Positions 8,796 through 18,881 of a DNA stretch of 64,000 nucleotides are shown here, one piece after another. How positions within the stretch are numbered: the first letter of the stretch is position 1; every line of letters begins with the position of its first letter. A program made the position numbers and the translations under genes. This stretch comes from Zoogloea sp. (GTDB taxonomy: Bacteria; Pseudomonadota; Gammaproteobacteria; Burkholderiales; Rhodocyclaceae): NCBI GenBank assembly GCA_016789125.1, contig JAEUNU010000140.1, positions 6,338 to 70,337 on the forward strand, in the 5' to 3' direction. The notes below the pieces were generated by a model. The model made no database searches and was not told where the DNA came from. It worked only from the letters and a program-made list of their open reading frames with translations.

Positions 8796-9638
8796 ATGCG
8801 TTTCGAAGGCTCCGACAACTACGTTGCCACCCCCGACCTGATGCTGGCGGTGAATGCCGCCATCCGCCTGCAGCGCCCGCTGCTGATCAAGGGCGAACCG
8901 GGCACCGGCAAGACCATGCTCGCCGAGGAGGTCGCCGCGGCCCTGGGCATGCCGCTGTTGCAGTGGCACATCAAGTCCACCACCAAGGCCCAGCAAGGGC
9001 TTTATGAATACGACGCGGTGTCGCGCCTGCGGGATTCCCAGCTCGGCGACGACAAGGTCAAGGACATCGGCAACTACATCGTCAAGGGCACCCTGTGGCA
9101 GGCCTTCGAGGCCGACCGGCCCACCGTGGTGCTGATCGACGAGATCGACAAGGCCGACATCGAGTTCCCCAACGACCTGCTACGCGAACTCGACCGCATG
9201 GAGTTCCATGTGTACGAGACGCGGGAGACCATCAAGGCCCGCCACCGGCCGATCGTCTTCATCACCTCCAACAACGAGAAAGAGCTGCCCGACGCCTTCC
9301 TGCGCCGCTGCTTCTTCCACTACATCAAGTTCCCCGACCGGGACACCATGCAGCGCATCGTCGATGTGCATTTCCCGGGCATCAAGCAGGCGCTGCTCAA
9401 GGAGGCCCTGGAGGTCTTCTTCGGGCTGCGGGAAGTCCCCGGCCTCAAGAAAAAGCCATCCACCTCCGAGCTCATCGACTGGCTCAAGCTGCTGGTGGCC
9501 GAGGAAATCCCGGTCGAGGCGCTGCGTTCGCCCGACCAGAAGGCCAGCATCCCGCCGCTCCACGGCGCGCTGCTCAAGAACGAGCAGGACATGCACCTCT
9601 TCGAGCGCCTGGTGTTCATGGCCCAGCGCAACCGCTGA
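8796..9638 (+). CDS. MoxR family AAA+ ATPase
   Basis: Walker A GEPGTGKT, Walker B LIDEIDKA, ITSNNEKELPDAFLRRC. Confidence 0.92.
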   Translation: MRFEGSDNYVATPDLMLAVNAAIRLQRPLLIKGEPGTGKTMLAEEVAAALGMPLLQWHIKSTTKAQQGLYEYDAVSRLRDSQLGDDKVKDIGNYIVKGTLWQAFEADRPTVVLIDEIDKADIEFPNDLLRELDRMEFHVYETRETIKARHRPIVFITSNNEKELPDAFLRRCFFHYIKFPDRDTMQRIVDVHFPGIKQALLKEALEVFFGLREVPGLKKKPSTSELIDWLKLLVAEEIPVEALRSPDQKASIPPLHGALLKNEQDMHLFERLVFMAQRNR

Positions 9639-9651
9639 CGCAGCGCCGGCC

Positions 9652-10830
9652 ATGCTCATCGAGTTCTTCCTGCACCTCAAGGCCCGCAAGCTGCCGGTGT
9701 CCACCAAAGAGTTCCTGACCCTCCTCGAGGCCCTGCAGGCCGGCCTCGGCGGGCACTGCATGGAAGACTTCTACTTCCTCAGCCGCAGCACGCTGGTCAA
9801 GGACGAATCCCTCTTCGACCGCTTCGACCAGGCCTTCGGCGAATACTTCAAGGGCATCCAGCAGATCCCGGGGCTGGAGGTCGACCTGCCGGCCGAATGG
9901 CTGAAGGCGATGATGCAGAAGCACCTCAGCCCCGAGGAGCGGGCCAGGCTCGAGAAGCTCGGCTGGGACAAGCTGATGGAGGAGTTCAAGAAGCGTCTCG
10001 CCGAACAGAAGGGCCGCCACGAGGGTGGCAGCAAGTGGGTCGGCACCGGCGGCAGCTCGCCCTTCGGCAACAGCGGCTACCACCCGGAAGGCATCCGCGT
10101 CGGCGGCGAATCGGCCGGCAACCGCACGGCCGTCAAGGTATGGGACCAGCGCGAGTATCGCAACCTGGATGATTCCATCGAGCTCGGCACCCGCAACATC
10201 AAGGTGGCCCTGCGCCGGCTGCGCCGCTTTGCGCGGCTGGGCGCGCCGGACGAACTCGACCTGGACGGCACCATCGCCGCCACCGCCCGCAACGCCGGCT
10301 GGCTCGACCTGATGATGCGCCCCGAGCGCCACAACGCCGTCAAGGTGCTGATCTTCTTCGACGTGGGCGGCTCGATGGACGAGCACATCAAGGTTTGCGA
10401 GGAGCTCTTCTCGGCCTGCCGGGCCGAGTTCAAGCACCTCGAGTACTTCTACTTCCACAATTGCGTCTACGACCACGTGTGGCGCGACAGCTACCGCCGC
10501 CACTCCGAACGCACCCCGACCCTCGACGTGATCCACAAGTACGGGCCCGACTACAAGCTGATCTTCGTCGGCGACGCCACGATGAGCCCCTACGAGATCA
10601 TGCAGCCGGGCGGCTCGATCGAATACCACAACCCCGAGCCCGGCGCCACGTGGCTGCGCCGGCTGGGAGACGCCTACCCGTCGCTGGCCTGGCTCAACCC
10701 CGAGCCCGAGCGCAGCTGGGACTACCGTCAGTCGATCGGGCTGGTACGCAAGATATTGGGCGAGCGGATGTTCCCGCTCAGCCTCGACGGCCTCACCCGG
10801 GCCATCACCCACCTGTCGCGCAAGCAGTAA
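9652..10830 (+). CDS. VWA domain protein (CoxE-like MoxR partner)
   Basis: Start MLIEFF at 9652. GSKWVGTGGSSPFG, MIDAS-like DVGGSM, FYFHNC and VGDATMSPYE. Lies directly after moxR. Confidence 0.88.
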   Translation: MLIEFFLHLKARKLPVSTKEFLTLLEALQAGLGGHCMEDFYFLSRSTLVKDESLFDRFDQAFGEYFKGIQQIPGLEVDLPAEWLKAMMQKHLSPEERARLEKLGWDKLMEEFKKRLAEQKGRHEGGSKWVGTGGSSPFGNSGYHPEGIRVGGESAGNRTAVKVWDQREYRNLDDSIELGTRNIKVALRRLRRFARLGAPDELDLDGTIAATARNAGWLDLMMRPERHNAVKVLIFFDVGGSMDEHIKVCEELFSACRAEFKHLEYFYFHNCVYDHVWRDSYRRHSERTPTLDVIHKYGPDYKLIFVGDATMSPYEIMQPGGSIEYHNPEPGATWLRRLGDAYPSLAWLNPEPERSWDYRQSIGLVRKILGERMFPLSLDGLTRAITHLSRKQ

Positions 10831-10896
10831 AAAGGGTGCCTTCAGACAAAGGCGCGCGCCGGGCACGCAAGGAAACGCAGGGCCGCCCCAAGTCTC

Positions 10897-10919
10897 CCTG
10901 CCCCCCACCGGGGGCAGGC
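10897..10919. terminator. GC-rich hairpin between convergent genes
   Basis: cctgcccc-ccacc-ggggcagg; no clear U-tract. Confidence 0.4.
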
Positions 10920-10939
10920 GGAGTCCGGCCCCGGGGCGC

Positions 10940-11710
10940 TCAGGGCGCCCGGTAGTTGTCCTGGGTCATCAGGTCGACGCCGCACTGGAGGGTCTCGATC
11001 CAGTCGAGGAAGCGATTGACCATCACCTTGCCCTCGAAGCGGCAGCCGTGCTGCGGCACGATCATCTCGACATCCAGCTGGCGCACCATGTTCACCCAGA
11101 AGCGGCAGATCTTGTTGGAGATCATGTAGCGGCGGTGAAAGCCGATCATCGTCAGCAGATGGTCGTCGAAGTCGCGCACTGGCTGGGCCGCCTGGTCGTG
11201 GTCGACCAGCGAGGCGCCCATGTCGCCCGAAAAGAGGATCTTCGAGACAGGGTCGTAGAACTGGAAGTTGCCCTCCGAGTGCATGAAGTGCGCCGGCACG
11301 GCCTTGATCTTGCTGTGGCCAAGGGGGATGTTCATGCCCTCGTCGGGGATCCCGATGAGACGGTGGGTGTAGTCCTTGCCGGTGGTGAAGTGCGGCACGA
11401 AGCGCGTCCACAGGCGCGAGATCATCACCTTGCAGTGGGTCGCCACCATCCACTTGTTGAGGGACGCGATGATGTCCGGGTCGGCGTGGGTGGCGAAGAT
11501 GTAGTCGAGGTCACGCGACGGGAAGAAGCGCTGCATCGCCATCAGCAGCCCCGAGTAAGTCATGTTGCCGCCCGGATCGATCAAGGCGCCGTGCTGCCCG
11601 TCGACGATCAGGAACTGGTTGCACTGGACCGCATGATCGGCCTCCTCGTCTACCAGATCGTAGAAAGCCAGGCAGGCGTGGGTTCCGTTGTTGAAGAGTT
11701 CGACAGCCAT
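10940..11710 (-). CDS. MBL-fold di-iron protein (ODP / FprA N-terminal-like)
   Basis: NQFLIVD..LIDPGG, THADPD, PAHFMHSEGNFQFYDPVSKILFSGD and IVPQHG. No flavodoxin domain. Start taken as MAVELF. Confidence 0.8.
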   Translation of the reverse strand: MAVELFNNGTHACLAFYDLVDEEADHAVQCNQFLIVDGQHGALIDPGGNMTYSGLLMAMQRFFPSRDLDYIFATHADPDIIASLNKWMVATHCKVMISRLWTRFVPHFTTGKDYTHRLIGIPDEGMNIPLGHSKIKAVPAHFMHSEGNFQFYDPVSKILFSGDMGASLVDHDQAAQPVRDFDDHLLTMIGFHRRYMISNKICRFWVNMVRQLDVEMIVPQHGCRFEGKVMVNRFLDWIETLQCGVDLMTQDNYRAP

Positions 11711-11790
11711 GGGGGCAGGAATGTATGAGTTGTAATGGTTCGCAACTTTAGCCGACTCCCACTGCCCAATCCAAGCAAGCACCGATGAGA

Positions 11791-11804
11791 TTGACGCTAA
11801 TCAA
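11791..11804. promoter_or_regulatory. FNR/CRP-family binding site
   Basis: TTGAC-gcta-ATCAA, a 9/10 match to TTGAT-N4-ATCAA, in a divergent intergenic region. Confidence 0.7.
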
Positions 11805-11876
11805 ACTAATTCCTCGTCACCTTTCTGCTTTTCGGGTATTTTTTCGATTTTGCTTTGCACAAAAAGAGGCGCCTAC

Positions 11877-12416
11877 TTGAGCAGATCACTCCTTACCCTG
11901 GCCCTTCTGGGCGGCCTTGCCCTCTTCCCCGCCGTCGAAGCCCTGGCCCTCGATCAGGGTGCGGCGCGCAAGGCTGCCGGGCAGCAGGCGGTGCCCTTCG
12001 GCGGCGCGTATTCGCCCACCCAGGTCGGCAAGCGGCCCCAGGATCTGCAGCGCCCAGGCGTGGGTAATTGCGGCCCGCGGGCCAAGGCCGGCGCTTCGGG
12101 CCGGATCACCCGCCAGGACGCGTCGGGCAAGGTTCATGTGTTCAATGACACCGCCGGGCTCGCCAACCGCAACGGCAACATCTACGGCGATTGCAACAGC
12201 CCCCGCCCCACGATGCGCCCGGGTAGCAAGACGGCCAAGCCGGCCACCGCCTACAACCGCAGCACCAACACCCTCAAGGCGGCCCGGGATGGCTACATCA
12301 ACCGATCGGCCACCAGCGCGATGATGCCCCGCAAGGCCCCGTCGATGTACGACCCGGCGACCGGCGTCCTGCGCCCGCCCAAGAAGCTCAACGACTACCA
12401 GATCTACCAGCAGTAA
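11877..12416 (+). CDS. Hypothetical secreted basic protein
   Basis: TTG start after aagagg. Signal peptide-like LSRSLLTLALLGGLALFPAVEALA. Host-like GC3 codon usage. Followed by hairpins. Confidence 0.7.
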   Translation: MSRSLLTLALLGGLALFPAVEALALDQGAARKAAGQQAVPFGGAYSPTQVGKRPQDLQRPGVGNCGPRAKAGASGRITRQDASGKVHVFNDTAGLANRNGNIYGDCNSPRPTMRPGSKTAKPATAYNRSTNTLKAARDGYINRSATSAMMPRKAPSMYDPATGVLRPPKKLNDYQIYQQ

Positions 12417-12422
12417 ACGCGG

Positions 12423-12486
12423 CGCGGGGACGCGCCCTTCGGCCCGTCCCCGCGTGGTCTGCAGGCGGGGGCAGAGAGCCCCCGCA
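12423..12486. terminator. Two GC-rich hairpins between convergent genes
   Basis: cgcggggacg...cgtccccgcg and gcgggggc-agaga-gcccccgc. Confidence 0.5.
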
Positions 12487-12494
12487 TTGCCCGC

Positions 12495-14414
12495 TCAGTT
12501 GCCGTTCATTGCCAGCATCAGCTGGTTGATGCGCTTCACGAAGCTCGCCGGGTCGTCCAGCGTGCCGCCTTCTGCCAGCAGGGCTTGGTCGAACAGCACC
12601 GCGGCCCAGTCCTCGAACTGCTTGTCCTCGTATTTAAGGCGCAGCACCACCGGGTGGGTGGGGTTGATCTCGAGGATCGGCTTGGAGATCGGCATGGTCT
12701 GGCCGGCGGCCTTCATGAGGCGCGCCAGGTTCATCCCCATGTCGTGCTCGTCGGCCACCAGGCAGGCCGGCGAATCGGTCAGGCGGTGGGTGACGCGGAC
12801 TTCCTTCACCTTGTCGCCGAGGCTGGTCTTCATCTTGTCGAGGAGGTCCTTGAGCTCGCCGGTTTCCTTCTCGACGGCGGCCTTGTCGGCTTCGTCTTCC
12901 AGCTTGCCCAGGTCGAGACCGCCCTTGGCCACCGAGGCCAGCGGCTTGCCGTCGAACTCGGTGAGGTTGCCGACCACCCATTCATCCACTCGGTCGGACA
13001 GCAGCAGCACCTCGATGCCCTTCTTGCGGAAGATCTCGAGGTGCGGGCTGTTCTTGGCGGCGTTGAAGCTGTCGGCAGTGACGTAGTAGATCTTGTCCTG
13101 GCCTTCCTTCATGCGGCCGATGTAGTCAGCCAGCGACACGGTCTCGTCGGCGGTGTCGGCCAGCGTGGAGGCGAAGCGCAGCAGGCCGGCGATCTTCTCC
13201 TTGTTGGCGTGGTCCTCGCCGACGCCTTCCTTGAGCACCTTGCCGAACTCCTTCCAGAAGGTGGTGTATTTGTCCTTCTGGTTCTCGGCCAGGTCTTCCA
13301 GCAGACCCAGGATCTTCTTGGTGCAACCGGCGCGCAGGGTGTCGATATCCTTGGATTCCTGCAGGATCTCGCGGGACACGTTGAGCGGCAGATCGTTGGA
13401 GTCGACGATGCCGCGCACGAAGCGCAGGTAGAGCGGCATCAGCTTCTCGGCGTCGTCCATGATGAAGACGCGGCGCACGTACAGCTTCACGCCGTGGCGG
13501 GCAGTGCGGTCCCACATGTCGAAGGGCGCGTGGCCGGGCACGTAGAGCAGCTGGGTGTATTCGTGGCGGCCTTCCACCTTGCTGTGGGTCCAGGCCAGGG
13601 GCTCTTCGTAGTCGTGGCCGACGTGCTTGTAGAACTCGGTGTATTCCTCGTCGGTGATGTCGGACTTGGCGCGGGCCCACAGGGCGTTGGCCTTGTTGAC
13701 GGTCTCGTCCTCATCGGTGACGACCTGCTCCTTCTTCTCCTCGTCCCACTGCTCCTTCTTCATCACGATGGGCTGCAGGATGTGGTCGGAGTACTTCTGG
13801 ATGATCGAGCGCAGCTTCCAGCTGGACAGCAGGTCGTCCTGGTCCTCGCGCAGGTGCAGGGTGATCTCGGTGCCACGGGCGGCCTTGTCGATCGGCTCGA
13901 CGGTGTATTCGCCGGCGGTGTCGCCGGTCATCGAGCATTCCCACTGTACGCCTTCGGCGGCGGCGAGGCCGGCCCGGCGGGTGCGCACGGTGACCTTGTC
14001 GGCGACGATGAAGGCCGAATAGAAGCCCACGCCGAACTGGCCGATCAGGTGGGCGTCCTTCTTCTGGTCGCCGGTGAGCTTGCCGAAGAACTCCTTGGTG
14101 CCCGACTTGGCGATGGTGCCCAGGTTGGTGACGACCTCGGCGCGGCTCATGCCGATGCCGTTGTCGGAGATCGTCAGGCTGCGGGCGGCCTTGTCGTAGG
14201 CGACGCGGATCTTAAGCTCGGCGTCGTCCTCGAACAGGGCGCCGTTCTCGAGGGCCTCGAAGCGCAGCTTGTCGCAGGCATCGGAGGCGTTGGAAACCAG
14301 TTCGCGCAGGAAGATCTCACGGTTGGAGTACAGCGAGTGGATCATCAGGTGAAGCAGTTGCTTCACTTCGGCCTGGAAGTTCAGGGTTTGCGCGGTGGCT
14401 TGCTCGACGGTCAT
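12495..14414 (-). CDS. htpG: Chaperone HtpG (Hsp90)
   Basis: [44 protein letters not shown] and [12 protein letters not shown]. Confidence 0.97.
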   Translation of the reverse strand: MTVEQATAQTLNFQAEVKQLLHLMIHSLYSNREIFLRELVSNASDACDKLRFEALENGALFEDDAELKIRVAYDKAARSLTISDNGIGMSRAEVVTNLGTIAKSGTKEFFGKLTGDQKKDAHLIGQFGVGFYSAFIVADKVTVRTRRAGLAAAEGVQWECSMTGDTAGEYTVEPIDKAARGTEITLHLREDQDDLLSSWKLRSIIQKYSDHILQPIVMKKEQWDEEKKEQVVTDEDETVNKANALWARAKSDITDEEYTEFYKHVGHDYEEPLAWTHSKVEGRHEYTQLLYVPGHAPFDMWDRTARHGVKLYVRRVFIMDDAEKLMPLYLRFVRGIVDSNDLPLNVSREILQESKDIDTLRAGCTKKILGLLEDLAENQKDKYTTFWKEFGKVLKEGVGEDHANKEKIAGLLRFASTLADTADETVSLADYIGRMKEGQDKIYYVTADSFNAAKNSPHLEIFRKKGIEVLLLSDRVDEWVVGNLTEFDGKPLASVAKGGLDLGKLEDEADKAAVEKETGELKDLLDKMKTSLGDKVKEVRVTHRLTDSPACLVADEHDMGMNLARLMKAAGQTMPISKPILEINPTHPVVLRLKYEDKQFEDWAAVLFDQALLAEGGTLDDPASFVKRINQLMLAMNGN

Positions 14415-14449
14415 GAAACGGACTCCAAGGAAACAAAAGACAGTCACCC

Positions 14450-14477
14450 ATATGGGTACGCCCTGCCCCGTTTCAAG
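14450..14477 (-). promoter_or_regulatory. Sigma32 (RpoH) heat-shock promoter of htpG
   Basis: Minus strand reads CTTGAA-N14-ACCCATAT, ~35 bp upstream of the ATG. Confidence 0.8.
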
Positions 14478-14497
14478 AGCCCGCGATCACGCGCGAT

Positions 14498-15049
14498 TCA
14501 CTCGTAGCGGATTTCCAGCACCTCGATCTCGCGCAGCCCGGCCGGGCTGGCAAAGCGGATCACGTCGCCCTCGCGGGCCTTGAGCAGCGCCCGGGACAGC
14601 GGCGCGATCCAGCTGATGCGCCCCTCGGAGGCGTTGGCCTCGTCGACGCCGACGATCTGGTAGGTCTGCTCGTCCTCGCCATCCACGTCGCACACCGTGA
14701 CGGTCGCGCCGAAATACACCTGCTCGGTGTTCTCCTGCTCGGACGGCGTCACCACGGTAGCGGTCTCGAGGCGCTTGATGAGGAAGCGGATGCGCCGGTC
14801 GATCTCGCGCAGGCGCTTCTTCCCGTAGATGTAGTCGCCGTTCTCGGAGCGGTCGCCATTGGAGGCCGCCCAGCGGATGGTTTCGACTAGGCGCGGGCGC
14901 TCGTCGCGGACGAGCTGGTCGAGTTCGAGCTTGAGGGTCTCGAAGCCCCGCCGGGTCATGTAGTTGCGCGTCCCTGGCGGCAGGCTCGGCGTGCCGGGCG
15001 GGGCGTCGTCTTCGTCCCCGTCGCTTTCCTTGACGAAGGCCTTGTTCAT
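14498..15049 (-). CDS. greB: Transcription elongation factor GreB
   Basis: MNKAFVKES, WAASNGDRSENGDYIYGKKRLREIDRRIRFL and ISWIAP. Confidence 0.95.
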   Translation of the reverse strand: MNKAFVKESDGDEDDAPPGTPSLPPGTRNYMTRRGFETLKLELDQLVRDERPRLVETIRWAASNGDRSENGDYIYGKKRLREIDRRIRFLIKRLETATVVTPSEQENTEQVYFGATVTVCDVDGEDEQTYQIVGVDEANASEGRISWIAPLSRALLKAREGDVIRFASPAGLREIEVLEIRYE

Positions 15050-15123
15050 GGTCGCTGTACTCCCCACGCTTGAAACAGGGCCGCCATGTTAACGCACTCG
15101 CGGCGCTCCGCGCGCCGCAGCGC

Positions 15124-16560
15124 TCAAGCTCTCCTCGCCACTCGCCGCACCAGGCCGGCGACCTCGCCCCCGAGGGGGTGACGGAAGAGCAGCAGCCCGA
15201 GGCCCCAGCCGAGCGCCGCGGCGCTCACGGAGCCGAGCACCTCGACCAGCAGGCTTCCCCCCGTGAAGGCCAGGCGAAACGCCGCGCATCCGGCGACCGC
15301 CAACAGCGTGACGTACAGAGAGGGCGCCACCGCCAGCGCGATCTGGCCGAGCCGCATGCCGAGAATGCGGCCGAGCACCGCCAGCGTGTAGGTGGTGATG
15401 ACGACCTCCCCGATCGCCAGCCCCCAGGCCACGTGGGTGAGGGACATGAAGCTGCCCAGCAGGACCAGCACCACCTTGATCGGCTGACCGACGAGATTGA
15501 AGCGCAGCGCGTAGCGGGCGTGCCCCATGCCGGCGATGACCGCCCCCGCGGTGTGCCCGACGCTGAGCAGCGCCATGCCGAGGCAGAGGATCCGCGCCGG
15601 CTCGACGGCGGCGTCCCACTGGCTGCCATAGAGCAGGCGGACGATGGAATCCATCGCGACGGCCAGGCAGGCGAAAAGCGGAAAGCTGATCGCGCTCAGG
15701 TAGCGCACACTCTTGGTGAAGTGGGGAGCAAGGTCTTCGCCCGCCCGGTGACTCTGGGAGAAAAAGGGCATCAGCACCGGCAGCAGGCCCTCCATCAGGG
15801 AGCGGTAGGCCAGCCCGACGACGCCCTGGGCACGGGACAGCAGGCCCGCCGACTCGATGCTCACGGCCTTGCCGACGATGATCTCGGGCGCCGCCAGCCC
15901 CAGCTCGTTGAGCATCGCCGAGGCCGAAAAACGGCCTCCGGTGCTCATCACATGGCGCCACTCGCCCAACGTGGGGCGAAGCGAGGCGGCGCGCCCGCCG
16001 ATGAGCAGGGTCAGGGCAACCGTCACGGCGGTGGCCGCCACCGCCGCCCAGGCCAGACCGATGAAGCCGACGCCGTGATAGCAGAGCGCAATGCCCAGCA
16101 GCGACTGGGTCAGCGAGGCCGCGAGGTTGATCCGGATCAGCTTGTCGAACTGCATGTTCCGCCGCAGCAGGGCCCCCGAGACCGAGCCGAGGGGCAGGAT
16201 CAGGAAGTTGAGGGCCAGCACGTTGAGCACCTCGCCGACGCCGTCCTCCCGGTAGAAGGCGGCCAGCGGCTCGCTCGCCAGCCAGGCCACGCAGGCCAGG
16301 AACCAGCTCATCGTGAGGGTGATCGTCCCGGCGGTGCGCAGCCGCTCGGGGGTGAGCTCGCGCTCCTGGATCAGATAGTTCGAGATCCCCAGGTCGCGCA
16401 AGGCATGGGAGAAGGAGAGGACCAGGCTGCCGATCGAGAAGATCCCGATCTCGTGGGGCGACAGCAGGCGCGCGATCGCGATCGACGAGACGAACTGGAT
16501 CACGAAGATGAGGTATTTCTCGCCGACGGAAAAGAGTATCGCGGTCTTCAGTTTGGCCAT
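15124..16560 (-). CDS. wzx: Polysaccharide flippase (Wzx)
   Basis: ARLLSPHEIG, DLGISNYLIQ and LLRRNMQF motifs. Many TM helices. Last gene of the EPS cluster. Confidence 0.85.
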   Translation of the reverse strand: MAKLKTAILFSVGEKYLIFVIQFVSSIAIARLLSPHEIGIFSIGSLVLSFSHALRDLGISNYLIQERELTPERLRTAGTITLTMSWFLACVAWLASEPLAAFYREDGVGEVLNVLALNFLILPLGSVSGALLRRNMQFDKLIRINLAASLTQSLLGIALCYHGVGFIGLAWAAVAATAVTVALTLLIGGRAASLRPTLGEWRHVMSTGGRFSASAMLNELGLAAPEIIVGKAVSIESAGLLSRAQGVVGLAYRSLMEGLLPVLMPFFSQSHRAGEDLAPHFTKSVRYLSAISFPLFACLAVAMDSIVRLLYGSQWDAAVEPARILCLGMALLSVGHTAGAVIAGMGHARYALRFNLVGQPIKVVLVLLGSFMSLTHVAWGLAIGEVVITTYTLAVLGRILGMRLGQIALAVAPSLYVTLLAVAGCAAFRLAFTGGSLLVEVLGSVSAAALGWGLGLLLFRHPLGGEVAGLVRRVARRA

Positions 16561-16692
16561 GGTTCCGGGAACGGCTTTGAATGCGCCCGAGGGGCGGGTG
16601 CCCTGCACGACCGGCACGCAGCAGCCCCGTAGGAGGCGCCGCAGGCCCGGCCTGCCGGGTTGGCGGCCCGCCGCTGGGCGGCCGATCTGCGC

Positions 16693-17658
16693 TCAGTCGG
16701 CGCGGGGCGGGAAGAAAGCCTTCCCGGCGTGGATCAGATGCTTCGGCTCGCCGGACCACTTCCACGCCTCCACGCAGGCCTTGAACGCGGCGACGGGGCG
16801 ATGGGAGCTGCGGTACAGCCAGCCCAGGTCGGAAAGGTAGTGCACCAGGCGGCCGTTGAGCGCGGCGAAGTCGTCGGCCGACATGCGCCCCTTCACCCGG
16901 GCCGCGTTCTCCTTGATGTAGAAGATCGCATCGACCAGGTATTTCTCGCGGTCGGCGGTGATGTTCGTCTCATGCAGGCGGTAGGAGCCCATGACCTGCT
17001 CGGTGTAGACCATCTTGCCCTCCAGCGACAGGCTGATCCACAGGAAGGCGTCGTCGCAGACCTTGAAGCGGGTATCGAAGCGGAGGGCGCCCTTAGGGAT
17101 GCGGTCCATCGCGATCATGAGCGAGATCGTCGACACAGCGAGGTAGTGGATCGACTGAAAGGCGTAGAAATCGCGGTTGCAGATGTGCACGCCTGGCTCG
17201 ACCTCGGTGAGGTACTTGCGGGCGTCGTTCACGAAGCCATCGAGGTAGCGCCGCGTGAAGCGGCCTTCGCCGTCGATCACGTTGACGTCGTGGAAGGCGC
17301 CGAAGCAGTCGGGGTGCTTCTGGAGCAGATCGAGGAGCGTGGCGATCTTTTCGGGGTGATAGAAGTCGTCGTGGTCGAGAAAGCACACGTAGCTGCCGCG
17401 CACGTGCTCGAGCCCCGTGTTCTTGGTGACGGCCGGCCGGCCGCCGCGCTCGGTGCGCTTGAACAGCCTCACCCGGTCATCGACCCGGGCGTACTCCTCG
17501 ATCATGGCCACCGTGCCATCGCTCGAGCAGTCGTCGACGATCACGAGTTCGATGTTCCGGTAGGTCTGCCCGAGCACGGACTCAATGGCTTGCCGAAGGT
17601 AGCGCGTGCTGTTGTAGCAGGCCATCACGACGGAAACGAGGGGCGAAGCGTTGTTCAT
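16693..17658 (-). CDS. Glycosyltransferase family 2
   Basis: VSVVMACYN, SVLGQTY, VDDCSSD and FLDHDD. Confidence 0.92.
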   Translation of the reverse strand: MNNASPLVSVVMACYNSTRYLRQAIESVLGQTYRNIELVIVDDCSSDGTVAMIEEYARVDDRVRLFKRTERGGRPAVTKNTGLEHVRGSYVCFLDHDDFYHPEKIATLLDLLQKHPDCFGAFHDVNVIDGEGRFTRRYLDGFVNDARKYLTEVEPGVHICNRDFYAFQSIHYLAVSTISLMIAMDRIPKGALRFDTRFKVCDDAFLWISLSLEGKMVYTEQVMGSYRLHETNITADREKYLVDAIFYIKENAARVKGRMSADDFAALNGRLVHYLSDLGWLYRSSHRPVAAFKACVEAWKWSGEPKHLIHAGKAFFPPRAD

Positions 17659-17708
17659 TTGCAGATCTCTTGGGGAGGCGATGCGCGGCAGCGGGCCGAC
17701 GCCCGCAC

Positions 17709-18881
17709 TCAGGATTTCGAATAGGCGTCCAGATAGCCGGCGGTCATTGCATCACCCGAAAACAGGCGCGTCACCTTGGCCCGCATGGTGTCGGCCCGGC
17801 GCCCGGCCTCGGCGGGCGAATCGAGCACGACGCGCAGCGCCGCGGCCATCGCCAGCGGATCACCCGCCTCGACGAGGAGGCCCTGGTCGGGCGACTCGAC
17901 GATCTCGGGGATGCCGCCGACCCGGGTGGACACCACCGGCAGGCCACAGGCGCCGGCCTCGATCAGGACGATGGGCAGGCCTTCCCGGTGGGACGAGTGG
18001 GCCAGGCAGACGGCGTTCTGCATGAGGGCCGCCACCTGCCGCTGGGGCTGGTTCTCGAGGAAGAAAACCCGCCTCTCGAGCCCCCGGGCGGCCACCTGCT
18101 CGCGGAGACCCGCCAGCCATACACCATTGTTGGTGCCCCCGACGAAGACCAGGTTGAGCTGCGGGTAGGCGGCGGCAACCTGCGCGAAGGCATCGACGAG
18201 CACGTCCTGGCCCTTGTTGGACACGAAGGTGCCCACATTGAGGATGTACGGCTTGGCAACGGGCGACGCGGCCTCGTCTGCCCGGCCCAGGAAGCGCCCG
18301 ATGTCGATCCCGTTGTAGATCACCCGCGGCTCGCCGCGGAACAGCCCGAGGGCCTTGATCTGGCCCGCCAGGGCTTTCGAGCAGGCGGTCACCTCGTCGA
18401 CCTGAGAGGCGACGAACCGCCAGGCGGCGCTGCGGGGGTCGACCGAGAGGACATCCGAGCCGTGGAAGCTCAGCACGATCCGCCCCCGCCACAGGCCCAG
18501 CCGCTTGATCAGCACCAGTGGGAAAACGTTGAGCGTCAGGTAGTGGAAGTTAACGACGGCGACGTTCCGGCGGCGCAGCTCACCGACGATCCGGGGGATG
18601 CGCCGCCCCAGCGTCACCAGGTAGCGGAGCGTCGCCACCAGGCCGTCCTCGGGCGGCTGGGGGAGGTTGAGATGGAGGAAGCGCCGCCCCTCGGCGTCGG
18701 TCTTGTCGCCCTCCTCGACCCAATCCTGGATGCCGATCGTCGCGAGCCCCGGCTGATACCGCTCGAGGCCCCGCCAGAGGTTCTCGACGACCACGTCCAC
18801 GCCCCCCAGCAGATCGAAGTGGAAAGGCTGGAACAGCAGGACATTGCCCGGCAGCTGCCCGGCGCTGCGCTCAGACGGCAT
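17709..18881 (-). CDS. Glycosyltransferase family 4
   Basis: FHGSD, IYNGID, KGQDVL and EGLPIVLIEAGACGLPVV. Confidence 0.9.
   Translation of the reverse strand: MPSERSAGQLPGNVLLFQPFHFDLLGGVDVVVENLWRGLERYQPGLATIGIQDWVEEGDKTDAEGRRFLHLNLPQPPEDGLVATLRYLVTLGRRIPRIVGELRRRNVAVVNFHYLTLNVFPLVLIKRLGLWRGRIVLSFHGSDVLSVDPRSAAWRFVASQVDEVTACSKALAGQIKALGLFRGEPRVIYNGIDIGRFLGRADEAASPVAKPYILNVGTFVSNKGQDVLVDAFAQVAAAYPQLNLVFVGGTNNGVWLAGLREQVAARGLERRVFFLENQPQRQVAALMQNAVCLAHSSHREGLPIVLIEAGACGLPVVSTRVGGIPEIVESPDQGLLVEAGDPLAMAAALRVVLDSPAEAGRRADTMRAKVTRLFSGDAMTAGYLDAYSKS

Noticed and set aside
12585-14507. 640-aa ORF antisense to htpG, and similar long shadow ORFs (3803..6454, 28678..31572, 37939..40566, 45743..48220)
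   Set aside because: Stop-poor antisense frames are expected with high GC3 codon usage, and each lies opposite a clearly real gene.
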